A stretch of 50,873 nt of DNA, the filler included, from Chloroflexota bacterium (GTDB taxonomy: Bacteria > Chloroflexota > Chloroflexia > QHBQ01), in NCBI GenBank assembly GCA_043754535.1. It is 3 parts of 3 records of this genome, joined end to end, with 100 filler letters (N's around TTAATTAATTAA, not from the genome) between each part and the next. Parts side by side here need not be neighbours in the genome. Positions count along the whole stretch, not along the records: positions 30,014 to 50,873 come from JAYUUN010000130.1; 2 more parts are not named here. The stretch is one strand, 5' to 3'. The position numbers and the translations under genes were made by a program. The stretch's first letter is position 1; every line of letters starts with the position of its first letter. The notes under the pieces were generated by a model. It was not told the origin of the DNA, searched no databases, and worked only from the letters and a program-made list of their open reading frames with translations. Below are positions 37,149 through 45,834 of this stretch, in pieces.

Positions 37149-38801
37149 GTGGTTGAAAATAGATCACAAGATCGGTTGCGGGCTGATTGGCTTGCTCTGC
37201 TGTTGATCGTCGCGGGGTTTGGTTTGGCTCTGCTGCTGGTGCCGCCCACTCGCACCTTTGCCTATGATGATGATTGGATCTACACGCCAGCGGTTGCTGA
37301 AATGCTGGCTGGTAGAGGTTTCCAGCCGCCTGATTTGGCCTTGATGACGCTGGTTACCCATACCTGGTGGGGCGTAGGCTGGTGCTGGCTGTTTGGCTTC
37401 AGCTTCACCACCCTAACTTGGGCGACGTTGAGCCTCAGCCTGGTTGCATTGCTAACCTTCTATCTGCTGCTGCGTGGAGTTAGCTATAGCCCAGCTCTCA
37501 GTCTGCTGGGGGCGGCGGTACTAGGCGTGAATCCCCTCTTTGTCAGCAACAGTTATAGCTACATGACTGACATAACCTTCCTCACCCTGTTGCTACTATC
37601 CAGCCTTTGCTATGTGCGAGGTGTAGCCCGTCTACCAGTGACCGCGAACCTGAAGGCTGGTTCTAGCACTGCCCTCATCACATGGCTGTTGCCCTTGCTA
37701 CTCGGCAGCGTATTCGCCAGCCTGGCTTTCCTCACGCGGCAGTTCGGTCTCGCTCTGCCACTGGCCGCATTGTTCTGGTTGGGTGGCACATACCGCAATC
37801 GTCCGGTTCGGGTTAGCCTCTATGCTAGCCTGGCAGCGGTTGCCTTTCCCATTGCGGCGGTAGCTGGATACTTCTTGTGGAGCAGCCCCTATGCTGCAAC
37901 CTCAACCGCCAGCTATCAGCAGCAGCTGCTGCTAGCTGATTTGCTACACAACCCTGCTGCGCTCTGGGGTAGGGTTGTAAGCTGCTTCCTGGTCTTGCCG
38001 CTGCTAGGCCTAACTATTCCGCTACTGGCATCCTGGCGGCGGCGCACCATGCTAGTTGCGAGTCTCTGGCTGTTGATTAGCTGGTTGGTTGCCCTTAGCA
38101 GTGGCAACATAGCACCTGTCATCGACAGCAGACTGGATTATGCCAACCTGACCCTGCCGATCCGCCTACTCGATTACCCTCTGCTGCGCTGGTTGGGGCT
38201 GGGCTGTACTGCCTGGCTGCTAGCGGGCCTGAGCCTACGGCTTGAACGGCGGCTGAGTCGGCCCACTCGTAGCCCTCTAAGCCCGGTTGACTTTTGCTAC
38301 CTTACGGCGGCAGCATTGCTGGCTATTACTTTCATTACCAATCCCAGCTTCTTCCCTCGCTACTTCCTGCCCTTCTACCCGGCTCTGATCCTGGCTGGCC
38401 TCGGCTGGCTGGTTGCACGGCCCCGGATGCAGATCGTTAGCCTCGGCCTGGTGTTGGTGCTGGGCTTCTACAGTCTGGCCGCCCAGCATGACATCTATGC
38501 TGCTGAAACCGCCCGCTGGCTGGCTGGACGTAGCCTGGTGGCAGCAGGTGTGCCGCTGAGCAGCATTGATGGTGGCTGGGCCTGGAACGGTTACTACCTC
38601 TATGCCGAGGCGATCCGCCGGGGTAAGCGCAATGATTTTAGCCATGTCTCTGCTGATTGGATCGCCGCTCATCAGATTATCGACCCCCAATACATCCTCA
38701 GCTACCTCCAACCTGCTGGCTACGATGTCGTGGGTCGCTATCCCTTCTTTACGATCCTCAACTGGCGCGAGCGTGATCTGCTGGTGGTAAAACGCCACTG
38801 A
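37149..38801 (+). CDS. GT-C fold membrane glycosyltransferase (ArnT/GT39-like)
   Basis: YDDDWIY, LFGFSF..L, NPLF...SYSYMTDI, LTRQFG, RYFLP, IDGGWAWNG. Start codon uncertain. Confidence 0.78.
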   Translation: MVENRSQDRLRADWLALLLIVAGFGLALLLVPPTRTFAYDDDWIYTPAVAEMLAGRGFQPPDLALMTLVTHTWWGVGWCWLFGFSFTTLTWATLSLSLVALLTFYLLLRGVSYSPALSLLGAAVLGVNPLFVSNSYSYMTDITFLTLLLLSSLCYVRGVARLPVTANLKAGSSTALITWLLPLLLGSVFASLAFLTRQFGLALPLAALFWLGGTYRNRPVRVSLYASLAAVAFPIAAVAGYFLWSSPYAATSTASYQQQLLLADLLHNPAALWGRVVSCFLVLPLLGLTIPLLASWRRRTMLVASLWLLISWLVALSSGNIAPVIDSRLDYANLTLPIRLLDYPLLRWLGLGCTAWLLAGLSLRLERRLSRPTRSPLSPVDFCYLTAAALLAITFITNPSFFPRYFLPFYPALILAGLGWLVARPRMQIVSLGLVLVLGFYSLAAQHDIYAAETARWLAGRSLVAAGVPLSSIDGGWAWNGYYLYAEAIRRGKRNDFSHVSADWIAAHQIIDPQYILSYLQPAGYDVVGRYPFFTILNWRERDLLVVKRH

Positions 38802-38825
38802 TCGCGGGATGATACTCTTGTTGGC

Positions 38826-39473
38826 TCATCGCTTGGCGCGCTTTGACTGCTGCCGCCGCCGCTGCTCGGCCTCATACTGTGAGATCGGTACACTCTTGTC
38901 CTCCATCCGCACGTAGATACGCCCATTCGCCATGTAGTTGACGGCGGGGCCGGGGCTAACCACGAGCAGCATACCCACCTGGCGCGTCCCTGGGTCGGGA
39001 ACAAAGAGGGGAGCGGCAACCACTGGGCGCGGCTTGATCTTGGGCAACACCTGCTGCTGCAAGCGGCTGGCATAGTCGGTGGCCGCTGCGTCGTCGCCAA
39101 CCGCAAAGAGGCCGATAAAGTAGCGCGGCTCGTTGTGTACCCCGATGAAGATTTCGCCGCCCTCGGCGTTAGCGAAGGCGCAGATGTGCTTCGCTAGCTT
39201 ATCGAAGTAGCTGGATTCTAGATGCTCCTTGAAGTCGAAGTGCTGATCCTCGCTGCGGGCTAGTAGTTCGGGGACGCTGATCTGGCGCGGCTGCACTTCT
39301 ACCTGCATTGGTGGGCGCAGCAGCCAGGAGGTGGCGCAGCGCGGGCAACTTTCGCTGCGCGGGCGGGCGAACAGGTCAAGGTAGTAGCCACAGACGGCAC
39401 AACGCAGGCCGGGCGTGCTATCCTGACCAGCACTGGCTGTCGTTTTCCGCCGAACCCTTCTCTGCTGATCCAT
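38826..39473 (-). CDS. Zinc ribbon + Schlafen/AlbA_2 domain protein
   Basis: CAVC-x14-CPRC, then LLARSEDQHFDFKE, LAKHICAFANAEGGEIFIGV, GRIYVRMEDKSVP. Confidence 0.8.
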   Translation of the reverse strand: MDQQRRVRRKTTASAGQDSTPGLRCAVCGYYLDLFARPRSESCPRCATSWLLRPPMQVEVQPRQISVPELLARSEDQHFDFKEHLESSYFDKLAKHICAFANAEGGEIFIGVHNEPRYFIGLFAVGDDAAATDYASRLQQQVLPKIKPRPVVAAPLFVPDPGTRQVGMLLVVSPGPAVNYMANGRIYVRMEDKSVPISQYEAEQRRRQQSKRAKR

Positions 39474-39608
39474 GTTATTGTCCCTGAGCAAAGGGTGGGC
39501 CAACGTTGCATCAGTGGCTGGCAAGCTAATTGACGGCTGGTTGGCTGCTCGCTAGCCCGCCCTGCGCGTTGAATGAAGTATGAAGTGGAGGGGATCGCCA
39601 CGACCACG

Positions 39609-40871
39609 CTACTGTGCTGCGGCGAACACCTCTGCGTACATTGCCACCAGCTTATTCGCCTCGTGCGCCCAGTTGTAGACCTCGGCGGCGCGGCGCAGGT
39701 TGACCCGCGTCTCGGCCAACCGCTGGGGGTCGTTGAGCAGGATGATGGCGGCGTGGGCGATCCCCGCTGGGCTGTCAAGGTCGGAGATCATGCCCAGCCC
39801 TTCAGTCAGCACCATCTTGCGGAGGAAAGGGAGGTCGTTGGCGATGATCGGCAGGCCAGCAGTGATGAAGTCGAACAGTTTGTTGGGCGAAGCGTAGTAC
39901 AGATTGAGGCTGAGGGCGCGATAGGGGATCAGGCCTACATCGGCGGAGGCGCAGTATTCAACCATGCGACTCTGTGGCACCGCCTCGCGGAAGTAGACCT
40001 TGTGCGCCAAGCCCTCGTCCGCCGCCAGCTTCTGCAACTCGGCGCGCATATTGCCACCACCCATGATCACGACCACGATATCCTCTGGCAGGTATTTGGC
40101 GGCCATCACCAGGTTCTCAACGCTGCGCCCGCGATCCACCCAACCCTGGTAGAGAACGATCCGCTTGTCCTTAGCGATATCCAGGTCGTCGCGCAGCAGG
40201 TCGGCGGGGTGTTCTGGATCGAAGCCCAGTGGTGGGTTGGTCGCATTGTAGATCACAGTGGGCAGCTTCACCCCACTGCGGCGGCTGATCTCCTCAGCAA
40301 TGAACTCGTTGACCGTGCTGATAGCGTCGCAGTGGGGTAGCAGCTGGCGATCCATCTTGCGCCAGTAGCCACGGCGCAGGCGCACGTAGCGATTAGGTAG
40401 TTCGGAGAACAGTTCGTGTGCGTCGCAGATCAGCTTCGCGCCGCTTGCCCGCGCCGCCGCGATGCCCGCTGGCAGGCCGTTGGTGTCGCGCACCAGATAG
40501 AGGTCGGCCTTCGCCCGCGCCGCGTACCTGGGAGCAATGCGGCTGAATGCATTACGACCCGCCAACAGAGCCAGCCCACGGGCTAGAACCTCAGCATAAT
40601 GGCTGCCCCGCGCTAGTCCCAACCTGCCCAGGCGGTAGAGCCAGCGGTAGCGGGGGTCGCGTCCCTCAACCTTGATCCGCTCCACTGTAATACCCTCCAT
40701 CTGCTCTGGGGTCGGGCCTGCGGGCAGGTTGAGGGCGTGGGCAGCATCGGTAGCGGCCTGGGCGAGAATCGTCACCCGGTAGCCAGCCTCTTGCAGGCTG
40801 CTGGCTTGCAGCAGGGTGCGGCGGTCGATCCGCTGGTACTGATTGAGGATGTAGATGTGCCTGGCGGCCAT
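39609..40871 (-). CDS. Glycosyltransferase family 4
   Basis: IDRR, CDAHELF, STVNEFIA, LYQG, ASPNKLFDFITAGLPIIAND. ATG overlaps the upstream TAA. Confidence 0.92.
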   Translation of the reverse strand: MAARHIYILNQYQRIDRRTLLQASSLQEAGYRVTILAQAATDAAHALNLPAGPTPEQMEGITVERIKVEGRDPRYRWLYRLGRLGLARGSHYAEVLARGLALLAGRNAFSRIAPRYAARAKADLYLVRDTNGLPAGIAAARASGAKLICDAHELFSELPNRYVRLRRGYWRKMDRQLLPHCDAISTVNEFIAEEISRRSGVKLPTVIYNATNPPLGFDPEHPADLLRDDLDIAKDKRIVLYQGWVDRGRSVENLVMAAKYLPEDIVVVIMGGGNMRAELQKLAADEGLAHKVYFREAVPQSRMVEYCASADVGLIPYRALSLNLYYASPNKLFDFITAGLPIIANDLPFLRKMVLTEGLGMISDLDSPAGIAHAAIILLNDPQRLAETRVNLRRAAEVYNWAHEANKLVAMYAEVFAAAQ

Positions 40872-41398
40872 TAGTCTCTGTCTTCTTCCCACCAGCCCTT
40901 GTAGCCAGCAGCAGGGTCGGGTTGTAGGCCAGAGCAGATGAAGTCCCAACCCTGGGCCAGTTCGTAGAAGCGCGCTCCATAAACGAGGCCGAGGGTGATG
41001 CCCATCAGCAGCTTGCTGTCACGGTACTTGCTGCCCAGCGGGCGCACCTTTACATTCTTGAAGAAGCCGTCGAAGACCAGCCGCCAGATGCCAAGGTCGG
41101 CGAGGTAGCGGTGGGTGGTGTCGAGGTGGGCAGAATAGGTGCCGAGGTTGGGCAGGCGGAAGATGGCGGTGCCGCTCTCCTTCAGCACGCGATGTACTTC
41201 GAGCAGCACATCCTGTGGCTTGTCGAAGTGTTCCAGCAGGCAAGTGGCGTACAGTTCGTCAACGCTGCGGTCGCGCACGGCGATTTTGGTCGCGTCACTG
41301 ATGATATCCACCACGGCAGTACGGCGGTTGTCGATGCCAATCTGTCCAGCCTTCTTGTTCTTGCCGCAGCCAAGATTGATAATTACCTTGCTACTCAA
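40871..41398 (-). CDS. Class I SAM-dependent methyltransferase (copy 2)
   Basis: INLGCG, IGID, LLEHF, EVHRVLK..G...FRLPN, DTTH. AAGGAG RBS before TTG. Confidence 0.88.
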   Translation of the reverse strand: MSSKVIINLGCGKNKKAGQIGIDNRRTAVVDIISDATKIAVRDRSVDELYATCLLEHFDKPQDVLLEVHRVLKESGTAIFRLPNLGTYSAHLDTTHRYLADLGIWRLVFDGFFKNVKVRPLGSKYRDSKLLMGITLGLVYGARFYELAQGWDFICSGLQPDPAAGYKGWWEEDRD

Positions 41399-41479
41399 TG
41401 TGTATCTGGCTCCTTGTAGCTAATCTGCGCTGATATCATCTCTCAGTAGTTGATAGGTCGCCAGCCCTCTGGCCCTGCC

Positions 41480-43384
41480 TCAATCCATAAAGGCACGGAA
41501 CCAGAGTTCGAGGCAGAGTAGCCCCCACAGTTCGCGGCCAAACTGCCCACTGCCGCCGCTGTCTACGGCTGCCTTCAGCGCATCGGGCCGCACTATCCCA
41601 CGCGAGAGGGCGCGTTCGCTGCCCAGTACCTCTTGCACGAAGTCGCGTAGCTCGTTCCTGAACCAGAGGTTGGTTGGCACTGGGAAGCCCATCTTGTCGG
41701 TGCGCTGCCAGATTTGGCTGGGGATCACATTGCGGATCGCCTTGCGGTAAAGGTACTTTAGTTGGCCGCCCTTCAGCTTGACCCCCGGCGGGATGGTGGC
41801 GAACAACTCGGCTATGCGGTGATCAAGCAGCGGCACCCGACTTTCGAGCGAAACGGCCATGCTGGTGCGATCTTCTACCTGCAAGAGGGCGGGCAACATC
41901 GCCTTCGCGTCATAGTAAAGCATCTTGTTGAGCAGCGAGTCGGTCTGTGGGCGGTTGAAGATCGCAAGGAACGCTTCATGGCTGGCCTCGGCCTCCATCC
42001 CACTGTCATGCAGGAACTCGGCAGTGAAGATGCTCTCGGCGCGGGTGCGTTGCGACAGGCGGAAGTAGCGTTCACCGTCCACCCCGAACAAGCCCATCTG
42101 CCATAGTTGCTGCATCATCGGCTGGTAGTTTGCCAGTTGGTCGAGGTAGGGAGTGAGGGCGGGCAGGCTGAAAGGATTATCGGTGATGGTCGGCTTGATC
42201 GCTTCGCGCAAAGCCTGTTCCAGCATACAGACCAGGTAGCGGGCATAGCCACCACCCAATTCGTCACCGCCTTGCCCACCCAAAACTACCTTCACGTGCT
42301 GGGCGGCCAGCTTGCTGACGAAGTATTGGGGGAACAGGCCCGGCCCAGCGGCTGGCTCATCCATGTGGTAGATAAGCATTGGCAGCGTCTCGGCAAAGTC
42401 GCGGGCGGTAGGGAAGATTTCGTGATGGTCAGACTTGATCTGTCCAGCGACGAGGCGGGCATAAGGGGTTTCGTCAAACTGCGCGCCGTCGTGGAAGCCG
42501 CCGCTGAAGGTGCTGATCTGGTTGTCCAGTAGGCTGGCCGCGAGGCTGGCGACAGCAGAGGAGTCTACCCCGCCGCTGAGATGTGCGCCCACTGGTACGT
42601 CGCTGCGGAGTTCTATGCGAACGGCATCTTCCAGCAGCATCAACAGCCGTTCGGCGAAGTAGTCCTCGTCGTGGTCGCGGTCGAGCCGTGCGTCGTCATA
42701 GTGCAAGTCCCAATATTGGCGCACCTGCACCCCACGTTCCTCGTCCACCGTCAGGTAGTAGCCCGGTTCCAGCCGCTTAATCTGTTGAAAGAAGGTCTTC
42801 TCGCCCAGGCAATATTGAAAGTTGACGTAATCAGCGAGGCCTGCTGGGTTGAGGCCAGCCTTCGCCTTGATCACCGGGTGGGCAAGCAGAGCCTTGATCT
42901 CGCTGGCAAAGGCGAAGGTCTGCCCATCATCAAAGTAGTAGAGCGGCTTGACCCCGAAGCGGTCGCGGGCGATGAACAATTGCCGCTTGTGTTCATCCCA
43001 GATAGCAAAGGCAAACATCCCGTTCAGCTTATCGAGGGCAGCAGGGCCATAGCGGTCGTAGAGGTTGAGCAGCACCTCGGTGTCGCTATGGCTGTGGAAC
43101 TGATAGCCCTGCAAGCTGGTACGCAGTTCCAGGTAGTTGTAGATTTCACCGTTAAAGATGATCTGTTGGCTGCCATCGCTGTTGCTCATCGGCTGATGCC
43201 CAGCGGCGGAAAGGTCAATGATGCTCAGGCGCAGGTGGCCGAAGCCGAGCCTGGCTTGCGGCTCCAGGTAGTAGCCCACGTCGTCCGGCCCCCGGTGGCG
43301 GATCGCGTCGGTCATTCGGTGCAGCCGCTCCTCGGTCACCCGCTCTGCAATGGCATAATTGTAGACACCCGTGATACCGCACAT
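41480..43384 (-). CDS. asnB: Asparagine synthase (glutamine-hydrolysing) family amidotransferase
   Basis: MCGITG, HRGPD, RLSIIDL, FNGEIYNY, SDTEV, RDRFGVKPLY, LSGGVDSS, SLESRVPLLD, KMGF. Operon context suggests glycan amidation. Confidence 0.95.
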   Translation of the reverse strand: MCGITGVYNYAIAERVTEERLHRMTDAIRHRGPDDVGYYLEPQARLGFGHLRLSIIDLSAAGHQPMSNSDGSQQIIFNGEIYNYLELRTSLQGYQFHSHSDTEVLLNLYDRYGPAALDKLNGMFAFAIWDEHKRQLFIARDRFGVKPLYYFDDGQTFAFASEIKALLAHPVIKAKAGLNPAGLADYVNFQYCLGEKTFFQQIKRLEPGYYLTVDEERGVQVRQYWDLHYDDARLDRDHDEDYFAERLLMLLEDAVRIELRSDVPVGAHLSGGVDSSAVASLAASLLDNQISTFSGGFHDGAQFDETPYARLVAGQIKSDHHEIFPTARDFAETLPMLIYHMDEPAAGPGLFPQYFVSKLAAQHVKVVLGGQGGDELGGGYARYLVCMLEQALREAIKPTITDNPFSLPALTPYLDQLANYQPMMQQLWQMGLFGVDGERYFRLSQRTRAESIFTAEFLHDSGMEAEASHEAFLAIFNRPQTDSLLNKMLYYDAKAMLPALLQVEDRTSMAVSLESRVPLLDHRIAELFATIPPGVKLKGGQLKYLYRKAIRNVIPSQIWQRTDKMGFPVPTNLWFRNELRDFVQEVLGSERALSRGIVRPDALKAAVDSGGSGQFGRELWGLLCLELWFRAFMD

Positions 43385-43471
43385 CAGCCGCCTCCCTCTA
43401 GCTCCAAGCACGTAATGACGAAGTGTAACCAACCGCCAGATCGTTGTCAAGCGCAGCCTAAAGCTATGACC

Positions 43472-44779
43472 TTACTCAGAATGCTGACGATCTGCAAAAT
43501 CTAACTGGTTATTCCTTAGCCGCTCCGCGACCTGTTGGTAGATCGCCAGCAGCTTCTTGCTCTCGTTCGTCCAGTTGTAGACCTGTGCTGCTTTGAGCAG
43601 GTTGCTGCGGGTCTGGCGCAGGCGCGACTCGTTGCCCAGCAACTTGTTGATTGCTTCAGCAATCTGCTGTGGGCTATCCATCGTCGCTACTTCGCCGAGA
43701 CCGTTGCCCACCACCATCTTGTGCAGGAAGGGAAGGTCGTTGGCAACAATAGGCAGGCCCGCCACGATGAAGTCGAACAGCTTGTTGGGGGAGCAGTAGT
43801 AGTTATTAAGGTCAACCGGCTGGTAGGGGATCAGCCCTGCGTCGGCTGAAGCGCAGTGGGCGATCAGCTCACTCTGCGGCACGGCATCCAGGAAGTGGAC
43901 GCGCCCACTCGTCCCCTGTGCCTCAGCCAACTTTGCCAGCACTGGGCGCAGGTTGCCATAGCCCATGAAAGCGAGGTGGATGTTTGGCGCGAGGTGGCTG
44001 GCAGCTAGCACCAGCTTATCCAAGCCCCGGCCTGGGGCAAGCTGACCCTGGAAAAGGGCAATGCGCTGGTCGGCAGCCAGGCCCAGCTTCTCGCGCAGGA
44101 GGTTGGGTGGGTTGGCAAGGTCGAAACCCGGCGGTGGGTTGGTCGCGTTGTAGATCACCGCTGGCGGCGGCACATGGTAACGCTTCGCCATCTCGTCGGC
44201 GATAAACTCGTTGACTGTGCTGGCGGCGGCTACCTTCGGCAAGAGCCGGGCTTCTACCTTCGTCCAGTAGTTCTTGCGGAGCTTGACTAGCGGATAGCTG
44301 ATTTCGGGGTAGAGTTCGTGCGCGTCGTAGACCACCGGTGCGCTGTTGGCCCGTGCTGCCAGCATAGCAACCTGCAAGTTGTCCAGGTCATGGGCGGTGT
44401 AGATGTCAGCTTTTGCTCGTGCCGCCCAGTAAGGGGCAAGGCGGCGGAAGGTGTTGTAGCCGTGCAGCACGCCGAGGACGGTCACGGCACGATTGGCCTG
44501 GTGGCGGCCCCTTGCTCCCCCCAGGCTGCCGAGGCGGTAGAGCCAGCCGTAACGCGGATCGTGGCCGCGAGTAGCAAGGTATTCGACCGCTATGCCTTCA
44601 ACCTCGTGGCTATCATCGCCCGCAGGTAGGTTGATCGCCTGGGTTGCCTCAAAGCTAGCCTGGGTCAGAATCCTCACCTTGTAGCCCGCCTGCTGCAAAC
44701 TCTGTGCTTGCAGAATGATGCGGCGGTCGATCACTGGTATATCCTGGGTGATCATGTAGACAAAAGGCGGCCTGCTCAT
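43472..44779 (-). CDS. Glycosyltransferase family 4
   Basis: IDRR, AHDL, YDAHELY, LFQG, CSPNKLFDFIVAGLPIVAND. Confidence 0.92.
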   Translation of the reverse strand: MSRPPFVYMITQDIPVIDRRIILQAQSLQQAGYKVRILTQASFEATQAINLPAGDDSHEVEGIAVEYLATRGHDPRYGWLYRLGSLGGARGRHQANRAVTVLGVLHGYNTFRRLAPYWAARAKADIYTAHDLDNLQVAMLAARANSAPVVYDAHELYPEISYPLVKLRKNYWTKVEARLLPKVAAASTVNEFIADEMAKRYHVPPPAVIYNATNPPPGFDLANPPNLLREKLGLAADQRIALFQGQLAPGRGLDKLVLAASHLAPNIHLAFMGYGNLRPVLAKLAEAQGTSGRVHFLDAVPQSELIAHCASADAGLIPYQPVDLNNYYCSPNKLFDFIVAGLPIVANDLPFLHKMVVGNGLGEVATMDSPQQIAEAINKLLGNESRLRQTRSNLLKAAQVYNWTNESKKLLAIYQQVAERLRNNQLDFADRQHSE

Positions 44780-45831
44780 CGGTTACCCCTCTGCGTAATC
44801 TTCTTGATTGCAGCGACAAACTGCCGCTCGCGTTTGCCCAATGGGAAGCGGCTGACGATCCGCTGGCGCGCCCCGTCACGCTGCTTTGGCCCCGCTGCCA
44901 AAGCCCGCTCCACCCCAGCAGCCACCGCTGCTGCGTCGCCGTAGGGGGCAGTGATGCCAAACTCGCCTACGACTTCTGGCATGGAGGTCTGGTAGCTGGC
45001 GGGGTCGGTGATTACTGGGATGCAGCCACAGGCCATTGCCTCAGCTACCGCCACTCCAAAACCCTCGTGTACCGACATCTGTACGTAAGCTCCTGCCCGC
45101 TGGTAGAGATCGAGCAACTCCGCGTCGCTGACCCGCCCGGCAAAGCGCAGGTTCGGCCCCGCACTGGCGACCAAAGCGGCTACCGTTGGGTCATCTGTTA
45201 CCTGCCCGACGACCACGAACTGCACGTCGGGCAGTAGGCGGGCGGCTTCGACGACGGTGTTCACCCCCTTCTGCGGGATCGTCATTGGGATCAGGCGCGC
45301 GCAAACTGTGACCGCCAGCCGCTCCTTCGGCTTGTTGGGGTCGGGGCGGAAGTGGCTGCTGTCAATATCATGGTAGAGGGTCGCCATGCGGCGGGGACGG
45401 AAGCCCGCCCAGCGCGTCACTTCACCCTGCGAGAAGTTGGAGTTGGTCAGCACCAGACTGCTGTACCACAGGGTGCGTGGCAGCAGCCAACGGGCGAGGG
45501 GGATGCGCAGGGTGCCGAAGCTGACCTCTGGTATCCACTCCACGTCGTAGCCGCCAGTAAGAAACACTACTTTGCGGCGAAAGAGGCGACCGAGCAAGGC
45601 TACTGGCAGTGCGTAGCTGGGGACGACAAACCACATCGTCAGTACGTTCGCTTTGCCGTGCAAGAGGTGGCTGATCACGGTGCGGAGCAGCGGCAGCGGG
45701 TTACGCCGCTGATGGGTGTAGACAGTGGTGGCGAAGTGGTCGCTGAGTATCTGGCTGTCCTGCTGCATGAACGACGAGCCACCATAAGGTAGGATTAGTA
45801 GCACGTGGGGTTGGGTTGCGCTCAAGTTCAA
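44776..45831 (-). CDS. Glycosyltransferase family 4
   Basis: GGYDV, QKGV, HEGFGVAVAEAMACGCIPV. Confidence 0.92.
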   Translation of the reverse strand: MNLSATQPHVLLILPYGGSSFMQQDSQILSDHFATTVYTHQRRNPLPLLRTVISHLLHGKANVLTMWFVVPSYALPVALLGRLFRRKVVFLTGGYDVEWIPEVSFGTLRIPLARWLLPRTLWYSSLVLTNSNFSQGEVTRWAGFRPRRMATLYHDIDSSHFRPDPNKPKERLAVTVCARLIPMTIPQKGVNTVVEAARLLPDVQFVVVGQVTDDPTVAALVASAGPNLRFAGRVSDAELLDLYQRAGAYVQMSVHEGFGVAVAEAMACGCIPVITDPASYQTSMPEVVGEFGITAPYGDAAAVAAGVERALAAGPKQRDGARQRIVSRFPLGKRERQFVAAIKKITQRGNR

Positions 45832-45834
45832 CTC

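Noticed and set aside
42581..43504. 307-aa ORF antisense to asnB, and similar long antisense ORFs (22034-22840, 29043-29810, 32933-33673, 39573-40340, 49157-49837)
   Set aside because: All lie largely opposite well-supported genes, as expected from codon bias in GC-rich DNA.
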